A stretch of DNA of 64,000 bases from Oscillospiraceae bacterium (lineage in GTDB: Bacteria > Bacillota > Clostridia > Oscillospirales > CAG-272): assembly GCA_015064395.1 (NCBI GenBank), contig SVSH01000011.1, positions 210 through 64,209 on the forward strand, given 5' to 3'. Position numbers and translations under genes: made by a program. Below, piece after piece: positions 29,330 through 38,887 of the stretch. Numbering within the stretch: the stretch's first letter is position 1; each line of letters starts with the position of its first letter. The notes below the pieces were generated by a model that saw only the letters and a program-made list of their open reading frames with translations, was not told the origin of the DNA and made no database searches.

Positions 29330-29785
29330 TTTTGGGGCTCTGCCCCAAGTCCCGTGTAGATGGATATGTATTTGGGGCTCCGCCCCAAACCCCGCCAAAA
29401 AACTTTTTGGAAAAAGATCGTTGACTTTGCGGTTCAAGACCCTTGTTTTGCAAAATTTCTCAGTGCTTTTTCTTTGATTGCGCAGGCGCAAAGAAAAAGC
29501 TTTCAAAAAGAAACGCCGAAAAGAAATTTCGCGCTCTGTGGAGCGCGACAAGGGCTCCGCGCCCTTGACTGCGCCGCCTTTTGAAAAAGGCGGGCGAAAA
29601 CCTTTCACGTAGTGTGGCTTGTGCTCCCTTACTTTATGGAGCGAGTGGGAGGGCCCCACGAGCTCGCGGGAGCTATTGCCCAAAACAGCGCAAATGCTCC
29701 CGAATTTTGCCCTTTATTTTCCCCTTGAAAGTTTTTGAAAAGGGGGCGCGGGGGAAAAACTTTTTTCAAAAAGTTTTTCCCCCGC
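29330..29785 (-). repeat. Family-2 composite repeat cluster between jag and mnmE
   Basis: TTTGGGGCTC(T/C)GCCCCAA twice; 29520-29605 is the reverse complement of the 18760/50300 unit; 29727-29783 matches the 50215 and 44051 hairpins. Confidence 0.8.
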
Positions 29786-29799
29786 CAAATCATACCCTA

Positions 29800-30516
29800 T
29801 TAATACAATTCCTCGCCGAAATCACGCAGGATCTCAGCGGCTTCATCTTCAGCGGGCGTACGGTGTGCGGCCGCAGACTTTTCGTCCAGGAAGATAACGA
29901 CCTTACGGTTGTCCTCCGAGCCGATCGAGTTGGTGGAAACACCGTCGATGCCCTGGATCTCGGAGTGGATGATGCGGCGCTCATAAGGATTCATGGGCTC
30001 CAGCATGACGCTCTTCTTATAGCGAAGCACCTGGGAAGCCTTGCGGCGAGCCAGGCCGCGCAGCGTTTCCTCACGCTTTGCGCGATAGTTCTCAACGTCA
30101 ACGGTGATCTTGACGTACTCTCTCTTCTCGCCCTCGGTCTTCTTGTTGGCCGCCAGGTTGGAAAGGTACTGCAGCGCATCCAGCGTGTCACCGTGGTGGC
30201 CGATCAGCACGCCTGCGTGGTCGCCGTCAATGGCGATCACCTTGTCGCCGTTGGTGCCGTCGTGTACGCTCATGGTCACGTTCAGGCCCATGTCCTTGGT
30301 CAGTCTGGTCAGGAACTCGAGTGCCAGTGCAACGCCGTTCTTCTGGTAGGTCGCCTCGATCACAGCGGGCGTCGAGCCGATGCCGAACAGACCCTTCTTG
30401 GGCTCCTCGATCACGGTGTATTCAATATCCGACACGTCGGGAGCACCCAGCTCCTCCACTGCCTTGGCAATGGCTTCATCTATCGATTTTGCGGTAATTC
30501 TTACTTGCTTTTTCAC
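29800..30516 (-). CDS. jag: RNA-binding protein Jag/EloR/KhpB
   Basis: EEPKKGLFGIG, KH domain LIGHHGDTLDALQYL, R3H domain MNPYERRIIH. Confidence 0.93.
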   Translation of the reverse strand: MKKQVRITAKSIDEAIAKAVEELGAPDVSDIEYTVIEEPKKGLFGIGSTPAVIEATYQKNGVALALEFLTRLTKDMGLNVTMSVHDGTNGDKVIAIDGDHAGVLIGHHGDTLDALQYLSNLAANKKTEGEKREYVKITVDVENYRAKREETLRGLARRKASQVLRYKKSVMLEPMNPYERRIIHSEIQGIDGVSTNSIGSEDNRKVVIFLDEKSAAAHRTPAEDEAAEILRDFGEELY

Positions 30517-30539
30517 AATCGTTCTCCATTCGTCAAATA

Positions 30540-32243
30540 TTACTGTTCGTTATGATCGGACACGTCATTCTCATCCGTCGTTTTCTTGTTCTTCTTGGCA
30601 GGACGGTCGTACTGCTTCAGGGCCACACCCTCTACCGTCTCCTCAGATGAAGACTTGGTCTCCTCCTCGTCCTTCTGGCGCTTCATCTCCTCTTCCACCT
30701 TGGCGACGTAATCGTCGTCGTCCATGTGGAACAGGGACTTGGGTCTGCCGCCGACCATCTGGACGTCGCGTCCATAGGTGTGGTGTTCGGGAGCAGCACC
30801 CTTGCGGGGAGCCTTGCCGGCATACTCACGTTCAGCCGCGCGATAATCCTCTTCGGTAAACTGGGGATAGGGCATGATCTTGCATACGATAAACTGACGC
30901 AGCGTCGAGATCACGCTCTTGAACATCCAGTAGATGCCAACCAGGGCGGGTACCATAAACGCAAAGAAGGTACTCATACCGGGCATATAGATGTCCATCA
31001 GCCAGCCGGAGCAAGCCGTTTGCTGGTCCTGCATCGCCTGAGGCTGATACGTCATCTTCTTGTTCAGACGCATCGAGAAGAAATACACGATAAAGGTCAG
31101 AACGGGAACCAAAAGCAGAATATAGTTGCCGTCAAAGCTGGGGTTCAGACCCAGGTTGACGTTACCCAGCGTAAAGTCGGGCATTCGGGGAATGATGCCC
31201 TCCAGCTTGTCAAAGATCTCTCCGCCGTTGCCAAAGTACATAAAGTCCTTGATGCCGGCCAGATTGTCTGCCGTCAGCTCGGAGAGCATGGTGATGGTAC
31301 CGCGGCTGTCGGTGATGGTCTTACCCAAACCGCCGGCGGCAGGGGATGCGGTAAAGAACTTAAACAGCGCGTTCGACAGCGCCGACGACTGGCCCAGCAC
31401 GTAGTAAAGCGGGTCAATTACGATGCGGTACAGCGCCAAAACAATAGGCAACTGGATGAGCAGTGGCAAGCAGCCTGCTGCCATATTAACGTTCTCACGC
31501 TGATACAGCTCCTGCAGCTCCTGGCTCATCTTTTGCTTGGTCACCTGGTCGTCACGACCGGCATACTTTTTCTTGATGGCCATTTCCTTGGGACGAAGCT
31601 TGGCCTGCTTGATGGAATTCTTCTGCTGCTTGATGGCAAGCGGCAGCATCAGCAGCTCCACGATAACAGCGAACAGACAGATACCGCCGATATAGCTGCC
31701 AAAGCAAAGCGTATTGGTCATCCAACCGATAAAGGCACCGATCCAGCCAAGCAGGGTGTCCCAAAAGGTCTTTTTGGCGTCCAGGTCGACCGAGGTCTGC
31801 AGGGAACGGATGATGGTCAGGGTATCCGTTTCGTTGATCGTCTTGTACTCTTCAAAATAGATCTTGCTGTCGTTGTTCGCCTTGGCATTGGCCTTGTCGA
31901 TCAGAGCGACAACCGCCTGCTGATTGAATTCCTTGGTTTCCCCTGCTGTGATCTTGCTCTCGTCGAAATCTGCCGCCAGCATATCGTATCCGCGATAAGC
32001 CGCGATCAGCATCTCCTGCGTGTCAAAATCGGTCGCGTAGGTGGCGGCCAGAAGCTTGGCGATGGCGCTGAGCTTGGTGCCGTCGAGGGAATGTCCCTCC
32101 TCAAGAGAGAGGAACACGTCGCTGTTGACGTTGAGCGTAGGTGCATTTTGCCTGCCGCAGCTGCCCAGTGCCGTTGCCAGCACCATCAGCAAAAGCGCCA
32201 ATGCAAGTACGCGATTGATCATAGATGTTTTGTTTGTTTTCAT
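30540..32243 (-). CDS. yidC: YidC/Oxa1 membrane protein insertase with a long N-terminal lipoprotein domain
   Basis: LMLPLAIKQQK, GCLPLLIQLPIVLALY, GIYW; position between yidD and jag. Confidence 0.92.
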   Translation of the reverse strand: MKTNKTSMINRVLALALLLMVLATALGSCGRQNAPTLNVNSDVFLSLEEGHSLDGTKLSAIAKLLAATYATDFDTQEMLIAAYRGYDMLAADFDESKITAGETKEFNQQAVVALIDKANAKANNDSKIYFEEYKTINETDTLTIIRSLQTSVDLDAKKTFWDTLLGWIGAFIGWMTNTLCFGSYIGGICLFAVIVELLMLPLAIKQQKNSIKQAKLRPKEMAIKKKYAGRDDQVTKQKMSQELQELYQRENVNMAAGCLPLLIQLPIVLALYRIVIDPLYYVLGQSSALSNALFKFFTASPAAGGLGKTITDSRGTITMLSELTADNLAGIKDFMYFGNGGEIFDKLEGIIPRMPDFTLGNVNLGLNPSFDGNYILLLVPVLTFIVYFFSMRLNKKMTYQPQAMQDQQTACSGWLMDIYMPGMSTFFAFMVPALVGIYWMFKSVISTLRQFIVCKIMPYPQFTEEDYRAAEREYAGKAPRKGAAPEHHTYGRDVQMVGGRPKSLFHMDDDDYVAKVEEEMKRQKDEEETKSSSEETVEGVALKQYDRPAKKNKKTTDENDVSDHNEQ

Positions 32244-32339
32244 GTGTTACGTTTTGTAGAAATCTACAAAAGCTCCCTTCTGTATTATGGGAAATACACC
32301 GCCCATTTGTTGTCCGGCCGCGCGGTGTTGCGGCAAAGG

Positions 32340-32693
32340 TCAGTCTTTGTTATCCTCGGGGGTCATTGACTCCTCGGGGACAGGGTCCTGTTGTGTGCTC
32401 GTCCGATCGTATCGCCGGCACATGCGTTTTGGTTGTGCGTCACTACAGTTGCGCTTTCGGGATCCAAATAAGCTCCCCTTCGCGGGAACCGGGTCATATC
32501 CGCCCGGGTTGAACGGATGGCATCGAAGAACGCGCCGCACCGTCAGGAAAAGCCCCACAAAAAAGCCGTGCTCGCCAAAGGCCTCCAGGCCATAGGCCGA
32601 GCAGCTGGGGGTAAACCGACAGGTCGGTTGCCTCTTCAAAGGGGAAATAAAGCGCCGATAAAAGCGGATCAGCCAGATACACAGCCACTTCAT
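32340..32693 (-). CDS. yidD: Membrane protein insertion efficiency factor
   Basis: [33 protein letters not shown]. Confidence 0.93.
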   Translation of the reverse strand: MKWLCIWLIRFYRRFISPLKRQPTCRFTPSCSAYGLEAFGEHGFFVGLFLTVRRVLRCHPFNPGGYDPVPAKGSLFGSRKRNCSDAQPKRMCRRYDRTSTQQDPVPEESMTPEDNKD

Positions 32694-33070
32694 GTCGTTC
32701 GGTAGAAATTCAATTTGTCAAAGGCGTAGCGCAGTTCTCTCTCCACGTCCTGCGTCTTTTTGCCAACGATCTCGCTCCGGGCGGCGATCACGACGAGATG
32801 CCCCGTCTTCAAGTTGCCCTCCTTCAAGATCGCACGGTAGGCCTCGCGGATGATGCGCTTGGCACGCGTGCGGACACAGGCCCCGCCCACCTTTTTGGTC
32901 ACGGACAGCCCGATTCGATTGACATAGCAGTGCAGAGGATGCGCCATCATCAGCTTGCGCGCGGCGTAGTCCCGCAGCACGTAGACGGCGACCAGTCGCC
33001 CTACAAAGCGGTTTCCCTGCCGATAGGCTTTATTATAAAGATGATGTTCCTTGATTGCGACAAATTTCAT
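32690..33070 (-). CDS. rnpA: Ribonuclease P protein component
   Basis: [25 protein letters not shown] (RNR motif variant); operon context. Confidence 0.9.
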   Translation of the reverse strand: MKFVAIKEHHLYNKAYRQGNRFVGRLVAVYVLRDYAARKLMMAHPLHCYVNRIGLSVTKKVGGACVRTRAKRIIREAYRAILKEGNLKTGHLVVIAARSEIVGKKTQDVERELRYAFDKLNFYRTT

Positions 33071-33275
33071 TTTGTCTCCCTGTGTTCTGTCTGAACGTTT
33101 GAAAAATCGGTGTTTGTCATACTTCCGTCGGGGCGGTGATGCGGTCATCACCGAAATGGGATAAAATGTGGGGCGCGAAAATTTCCTCACACAGCAAAAA
33201 CCCCGATGCCACTGACACAAGCGTAGGTGTAACCGGAGCATCGGAGGTTTTATGTGGGGAAGAAAGCGGGCGAGA

Positions 33276-33410
33276 TCAGTGAGTCAGTCTCTTTCTGCCC
33301 TTTGCACGTCTTCTCTTGAGAACGTTTCTGCCATCGGCGGTCTTCATTCTCTTGCGGAAGCCATGCTCTTTTTTTCTCTGACGTTTCTTAGGCTGGTAGG
33401 TTCTGAGCAT
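33276..33410 (-). CDS. rpmH: 50S ribosomal protein L34 (absent from the ORF track)
   Basis: Translates to [44 protein letters not shown]; AAGGAGG RBS. Confidence 0.97.
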   Translation of the reverse strand: MLRTYQPKKRQRKKEHGFRKRMKTADGRNVLKRRRAKGRKRLTH

Positions 33411-33486
33411 TTTTGTTTCCTCCTTGTTCGATGATCGGAAGCGGACAAGCCTTTTGCTTTTTCGCTTTTACACAATGACAACCTAT

Positions 33487-33515
33487 ATTATATACAAAAG
33501 CTTGAGATTTGTCAA
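33487..33515 (-). promoter_or_regulatory. SigA promoter of the rpmH operon
   Basis: Minus strand TTGACA-17nt-TATAAT. Confidence 0.8.
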
Positions 33516-33637
33516 GAATTTTATGAAATTTCTCCGATTTTTTCTTATTTTTGCAAGGTTTTTTCTCAATTTATGGGCAAAATGCCGGTGGATGGTGGGG
33601 GTTTTCCCAAAAAGGAGGGGGGACGGGGGAGGGTTTT

Positions 33638-34096
33638 GCTAAATTTCAGACAACTTCTTCTACGGACGCGCATACTGCTTCGCGCTGCGCTGTGCCGGCA
33701 GGGATGCCATTTCTTTGTCATTCCACAAAGAAATGGCGAAAGAAAAGGAACCAAAGGCTGCCGCCTTTGGAAACCGCTCCTTTTCCGCTCTACATAGAGA
33801 AAGACGAGAGATTACATAAACACTATTAGTGCTGTGCCTCAAATTTAGTCAACACGAACGGCAGGCAGAGAAAGCAAGAGTTCTTGCCAAACCGCACCCA
33901 TCTTGGGCGTGCGCTCATGCGCCCAAGATGGAGAAGGCTTGCGAAGGTAACAGCCCCGGCGGCTCTCGAAAAGCCGTCGGGAAGTGGGGTCCCAAGGGGT
34001 GTCCCCTTGGTTCCCTTCTTGGCTACTTCTTGGGGAATGCCAAGAAGTAGCATAAGCTCTCCCGCTGCGCGTTGTGCGGCGGACGAAGGAGAGAAA
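33638..34096 (+). repeat. Family-1 element, copy E (alternative central module)
   Basis: Starts GCTAAATTTCAGACAACTTC; central CCATCTTGGGCG..CGCCCAAGATGG shared with copy G. Confidence 0.9.
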
Positions 34097-34580
34097 GCTA
34101 AATTTCAAACAACTCCTCCTTTTGACGCTCACACTGCTGCGCGCGTGCGCTGTACAGGCATGGATGCCATTTCTTTTTCGTTCCACAAAGAAATGGCGAA
34201 AGAAAAGGAACCAAAGGCTGCCGCCTTTGGAAACTGCTCCTTTGCCGCTCTACAAAAAGAAACAAGAGAGATCACATAAACGCTTTTGATGCTGTGCCTC
34301 CAGTTTAGCCACCACGAGCGGCAGGTAGAGAAAGCAAGGGCTTTTGCCTTGAGGTGAGCGCGGCTTTCTTTAAGCCGTGCTCGCAAAATTTGAAGATGCA
34401 GGCTTTTGCGTCGTGTTGCGCGGAGCGGGAGCGTAGCGCCCACAAAGACGCACTGCGGGTTTCCAAAGGGCTCCAGGCCCTTTGGCGCCCTTCTTCCGCC
34501 ACTTCTTGGGGCGCGCCAAGAAGTGGCAATGCTCATAGCGCGCCGCGTTGTGGCGCGCCCGGGGAGAAAAAGCAAAATCC
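34097..34580 (+). repeat. Family-1 element, copy F, head-to-tail with E
   Basis: Starts GCTAAATTTCAAACAAC immediately after E; right half nearly identical to copy H. Confidence 0.9.
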
Positions 34581-34647
34581 TGGGGCCGGCAGACAACAAA
34601 CAATCAAAAAGAGCGCAAGTGCATCCACCCACGCTCTTGTCAAGCAA

Positions 34648-35862
34648 TTATTTGCCCCGTTGCAAAAAGGCTTGTTGCCCTTCCCCCTCGGAACGAACAA
34701 AAAATCGGACCGCATCCTCATACGCCCGACGCGCCGCCTCCAGCGACTGCCGGCTCGCACCTCGCTTGCGAATGGCTCTGAGCATCACGTTCTTGGGCGT
34801 CTCCTCGGGATCGATCAGCTCCAAGGCCGCCGTCGTATAGCCATGTGCCTCTAAAAGAAGCAGACGCATGGCGTCGGTCGCCGCATCACACAGCTTCTGC
34901 CGCAGCATCGAATGGCGGGCAATGCATTCCAATTCCGGGCAATCCAGCGTATGGTTCAACTCGTGGTGGCAACAAGGGGTAGACAAAATGACCTCACTCT
35001 GCCACTGCATCGCCTTGCCCAACACCAGATCGGTCGCGGTATCACAGGCGTGGAGCGACACGACCAAATGCACGTGCGCGCCCTCCGCGGGCTCATACGC
35101 CGCCACGTCGCCACACAAAAATTCCAATCCGTCAAAGCCAAGCGACCTTGCAACCGCGCCACAGTGCTCGATCACGTCCGGCTTAAGGTCGACGCAGGTC
35201 ATTTTCACTTCTCTTCCCTTGACCGCCGTCAGATAATGATAGACAGCAAAAGAGAGATAACTCTTGCCGCAGCACAGATCGCACACGCGAAGCTCTCCCG
35301 TCGCGGGAAGATGATCCTCCACGTCGCGCAACAGCTCGAGAAAGCGGTTGATCTGTCGGAATTTAGACTGCTTTTTATCGTACACGCGCCCGTTTTTGTC
35401 GCTCACGTCCAGCGCCTGCAAAAAAGGCTCGGCGCCGCTGAGAATGCGTTTCTTTTGTCGATCGTTGGTTGCGGTTTCCGTCTGTGCGACGTCGGCTTTT
35501 TCCAGCTGCGCGCGCAGCTTGCCGCCCCGCAGCAGCGTTTCCTTACCCGAGGCACTGCGCTTGTACTCACAGTCCACGCCCGAAAGCGTCGTCAGCACAT
35601 TGATTTGCGCATAGGCACCCAACTGCTCCCGAAGTGCCTCGACGTCGTCGATAGCAAGGTTGAGATGGCGGGCTTTGTTGTCGGTATAAAACGTCTCCAA
35701 CTGATACTTCTGTCGGCCACCGATCACGCGGGACGTCAGCACTGCCCGAGCTCGATCAGCCAAGCAAGACTTGGAGCAAACGACCCGGCGAAGAACGCCG
35801 CGTTCGGTCGCCAAACCGATCAAGGCGATCAACTCATCCAGGGGTGACAGAAGGGCGCTCAT
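34648..35862 (-). CDS. SAM-dependent methyltransferase (Methyltransf_32-like)
   Basis: KFRQINRFLE, DLCCGKSYLSF, SLHACDTATD, PCCHHE, TPKNVMLRA. Confidence 0.88.
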   Translation of the reverse strand: MSALLSPLDELIALIGLATERGVLRRVVCSKSCLADRARAVLTSRVIGGRQKYQLETFYTDNKARHLNLAIDDVEALREQLGAYAQINVLTTLSGVDCEYKRSASGKETLLRGGKLRAQLEKADVAQTETATNDRQKKRILSGAEPFLQALDVSDKNGRVYDKKQSKFRQINRFLELLRDVEDHLPATGELRVCDLCCGKSYLSFAVYHYLTAVKGREVKMTCVDLKPDVIEHCGAVARSLGFDGLEFLCGDVAAYEPAEGAHVHLVVSLHACDTATDLVLGKAMQWQSEVILSTPCCHHELNHTLDCPELECIARHSMLRQKLCDAATDAMRLLLLEAHGYTTAALELIDPEETPKNVMLRAIRKRGASRQSLEAARRAYEDAVRFFVRSEGEGQQAFLQRGK

Positions 35863-36584
35863 GCTTCACCTCCGCCCGCGTCGGGCTCTTCAGCCGCCTT
35901 TTTCTTGCGGGAAAAAGATATTTTCGATTCCTTGCCGTTGTACAGGCGTTTGATATTTTCGCGGTGCATAAATATAACAAACGCAGTGGTCATCACACCC
36001 ATCAGCACCACCCAGCCCGCCGGGAAAAAGGCATTGAGCAGAAGCGGATACAAAAAGGCGCACATGATCGAAGCCAGGGACACAAAGCGAGTCAGTCCTA
36101 CGATAGCAAAGAAGCAGAAGAACATTACAAGGAAGGTCCAGGGGTCGATCATCAAGGCGACGATCGCCGTACAGGCCACGCCCTTGCCGCCCTTGAAGCG
36201 GTAATACACGGGGAACATATGACCAAACACACAGAAAAATCCGGCGATGGGCGCGCCGACGAACACCGAGGCGATCCAAAAGCCAAGCGCCGTTGCCACG
36301 GCCGCCTTGAGCATATCAAGCGCCAACGTCATGACGGCATATTTGGTGCCGTAGGTGCGCAACATATTGGTCGCCCCGGCATTTTTAGAGCCGTGCGCAC
36401 GAATATCGCGGTGCAGAAACAGCCGTGATATGATAATAGCAGAATTCAGGCTTCCGATCAGGTACCCGATGATAGCACTCAAAAGAATACCCAGCGCCGA
36501 GAGAAACAGCGCGCCGTCTCCCGAGAGCTCCAACCACTCTGCCGCCTGCTGTACCAGATTCCACTGCGGTAACATTCTTAACAT
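35859..36584 (-). CDS. plsY: Glycerol-3-phosphate acyltransferase PlsY
   Basis: YLIGS, DIRAHGSKNAGATNMLR, GHMFP..FKGGKGVA, HRENIKRL. Confidence 0.93.
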   Translation of the reverse strand: MLRMLPQWNLVQQAAEWLELSGDGALFLSALGILLSAIIGYLIGSLNSAIIISRLFLHRDIRAHGSKNAGATNMLRTYGTKYAVMTLALDMLKAAVATALGFWIASVFVGAPIAGFFCVFGHMFPVYYRFKGGKGVACTAIVALMIDPWTFLVMFFCFFAIVGLTRFVSLASIMCAFLYPLLLNAFFPAGWVVLMGVMTTAFVIFMHRENIKRLYNGKESKISFSRKKKAAEEPDAGGGEA

Positions 36585-36607
36585 AACGATAACACCTCAA
36601 TACTTGC

Positions 36608-36874
36608 TTATCCTTTGTTTTTATTACGGGCAAACAGGGCGTGCAGACGGGACTGCGCCGACGCGCGGCGCTCCTCGGTCTCCTGCTTCAGCAGCCTAAC
36701 ATCCTGCAGGCGTCCCTCTGCGTCCATCCGTGCCTCAAAAATGTCCCCCTGCGAAAGGGCCGCAAGGGCAGGCGTGTCGTCCAGTGACACGTCGACTTGC
36801 TGTTGCGGTGCATCAGCATCCTCACACAGGCAAACGGCAATTCGGCCCTCAAAGCGATCCAGACAAAATTTCAT
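36608..36874 (-). CDS. DUF3006-family protein
   Basis: LDRFEGRIAVC...GDIF...ETEERR pattern. Confidence 0.75.
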   Translation of the reverse strand: MKFCLDRFEGRIAVCLCEDADAPQQQVDVSLDDTPALAALSQGDIFEARMDAEGRLQDVRLLKQETEERRASAQSRLHALFARNKNKG

Positions 36875-36882
36875 ATGTCACC

Positions 36883-37974
36883 TCAAACATCCAGCTCAAT
36901 CAGTTCTTTTGCGCTGTGCGTAAAATTATGAACCTGACCGTCGGGGGTGATGGCAACCATGTCCTCAATGCGACAGCCGTACTGTCCGGGCAGATAGATG
37001 CCCGGCTCGAAGGTGACTACATGACCTCTCTTGAGGACACTGTCCTCGGGAGCAACCTGCGAGAGTCTCGGGCTTTCGTGAATATACATACCCACACCAT
37101 GGCCCAGCGAATGTCCAAAGGCACCCTTATATCCGGCGTTATCAATGATGTCGCGGGCAATGGTATCCAGCGCCTTGCAGCCCACACCTTCCTTCGCGGC
37201 GGCAAGAGAAGCCAGCTGAGCCTCCAGGACGGTGTTGTACAAGCGACGCATCTCCTCGTCTGCCTTGCCAAGGACGACCGTTCTCGTCATATCGGAACAA
37301 TACCCATCTACGCGCGCGCCAAAATCCATCGTGAAAAATCCGCGCTCCAGCTTAACGGGACGGGGAACGGCGTGAGGCATAGAGGAAGCCTTGCCCGAGG
37401 CGGCGATGGTCTCAAACGAGACGCACTCCGCGCCGTGCGAGCGCATGAAAAACTCCAGCTCCAGCGCCACGTCGATCTCGGTGCGATCAGGATTGATATA
37501 GGAAAGGATGTGCGTAAAGGCCGCGTCGGCGATGTCCTGTGCCTGTTGCATCAGGGCGATCTCTTGCTCGTCCTTATAAAGACGCAGGCCGTCAATGAGA
37601 GCCGATGCCTCCGGGCGGAAGTAAACGATACCCGCCTCGCCCAGCGCTTTCTCGATGCGCTCCGAGTCGCGGATGGACAGCGTAGCCTCCTCGAGCGCGA
37701 CCGACTTAACACCGGCATCGCGCAAAAGCTCTGCGATCTTGGGGAGCATCTTGCCGGGTGCGATCACCTCGAATTCGGCAGGGTCAACCGCGGCCTCGGC
37801 AGCTTCAGTATAGCGGAAGTCGGTGATCAGCCAGGACTTTTTGGGAGTAACGACGACGTAGCCGTCGGTATAAGCAAAGCCTGTCAGATACCGCTGATTG
37901 ATCTCGCTGGTGACGATGACGGCCTCCATATCGGCCGCTTTCATCGCTTCGATCATTCTGGACAAATGTGACAT
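36883..37974 (-). CDS. Xaa-Pro aminopeptidase (M24 family)
   Basis: TDFRY, DFGARVDGYCSDMTRT, HSLGHGVG..HE, EPGIY, RIED. Confidence 0.93.
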   Translation of the reverse strand: MSHLSRMIEAMKAADMEAVIVTSEINQRYLTGFAYTDGYVVVTPKKSWLITDFRYTEAAEAAVDPAEFEVIAPGKMLPKIAELLRDAGVKSVALEEATLSIRDSERIEKALGEAGIVYFRPEASALIDGLRLYKDEQEIALMQQAQDIADAAFTHILSYINPDRTEIDVALELEFFMRSHGAECVSFETIAASGKASSMPHAVPRPVKLERGFFTMDFGARVDGYCSDMTRTVVLGKADEEMRRLYNTVLEAQLASLAAAKEGVGCKALDTIARDIIDNAGYKGAFGHSLGHGVGMYIHESPRLSQVAPEDSVLKRGHVVTFEPGIYLPGQYGCRIEDMVAITPDGQVHNFTHSAKELIELDV

Positions 37975-37996
37975 AATAGATTCCTCTTTCATACAA

Positions 37997-38887
37997 TTAT
38001 TCAGCGTCGGGACGCACAGGACCGCCCATATCGCGAACGCAATGCTTCATCCACAGCGCGTCCTCGGCCTGTGTGCCGTCCGACTCGCAGATGATACGGG
38101 GCGCAAGGTTGTCCCGGATGATGGCCTCGGCCAGCGGCTCAAAGCGCGGACCAAAGACGGTGTCCTCAAAGGTCAGGTGTCGCTTCTCGCCTGCCTCGGT
38201 GTATTCGATCTTGGAAAAATGGCAATGGAGCGAGCGCGCCACAGCGTCGCCGCAGGCGTTTGCGATGCGATCGAACACGCGGCGATAGCTGTCGGTGTCG
38301 GGGAACGCCTGCCCCACCTCGCGGCAGTTCAGGTGTCCGAAGTCAACCACAGGCACAAACCGCGGGCTGACGCGGCACTGCTCGATGACCTCGTCCAGCG
38401 TGCCCAGCTGATTGAGCTTGCCCATGGTTTCAATACCGAGACGAATGTGCTCATATCGGCCATCCAATGCATTGAGCAAGTGCTCCAGCGTATCGCAAGA
38501 CAGCTTCATGGCCTCCTCCCGCGAGATCTTACCCGCGCTACCCGAGTGAATGACGATGGTATCCGCCCCCATCAGGTCGGCCGCCCACAGCGACTTTTCG
38601 ATATAATCAATGCTTTTGAGTCGCTTTTCGGGATCGACGCCCGACAGCGAAATATAATATTGCGTATGGAGGGACAGGCGAACGTTGTGTTCCCTTGCCT
38701 TCTGCCCAAAGGCAAGCAGAGACTCCTCGCTCGCGCTGACGCCGCGCGTCGCCTCGTATTCGAAGGCATCAAGACCGACGCGATCCAGCCAGCCGGGGGT
38801 CTGGATAAGCGATTTCATACCGTCACGACGGAACCAGTCACCGTTACCGCCGGGGCCAAAGGTAGGATAGGACGGGGAAGTGCTCAC
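37997..38887 (-). CDS. Endonuclease IV-like TIM-barrel protein
   Basis: FGPGGN, SLHTQYYI, ETMGK, DFGH, HCHFSKIEY, ICES. Confidence 0.82.
   Translation of the reverse strand: MSTSPSYPTFGPGGNGDWFRRDGMKSLIQTPGWLDRVGLDAFEYEATRGVSASEESLLAFGQKAREHNVRLSLHTQYYISLSGVDPEKRLKSIDYIEKSLWAADLMGADTIVIHSGSAGKISREEAMKLSCDTLEHLLNALDGRYEHIRLGIETMGKLNQLGTLDEVIEQCRVSPRFVPVVDFGHLNCREVGQAFPDTDSYRRVFDRIANACGDAVARSLHCHFSKIEYTEAGEKRHLTFEDTVFGPRFEPLAEAIIRDNLAPRIICESDGTQAEDALWMKHCVRDMGGPVRPDAE

Noticed and set aside
29318-29683. N-terminal extension of MnmE in the ORF track (likewise ABC 1748, hom 43943, tkt 50409, ddl 47042, pckG 18033)
   Set aside because: Family homology and an RBS begin at downstream starts; the extensions run through repeats, promoters or neighbouring genes.
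33071-33275. Possible ncRNA between rpmH and rnpA
   Set aside because: Only a terminator-like hairpin is evident; there is no recognisable RNA family or second copy.
33411-33640. oriC upstream of rpmH
   Set aside because: No dnaA gene and no visible DnaA-box cluster; only the rpmH promoter is present.
33551-34854. Many short ORFs over family-1 repeats (LNFKQLLL, RSCLKFS, FQTTSS peptides; also at 10.4, 15.6, 27.4, 40.1 and 53.6 kb)
   Set aside because: Frames, lengths and stops are not conserved between copies; they are translations of the non-coding repeat.
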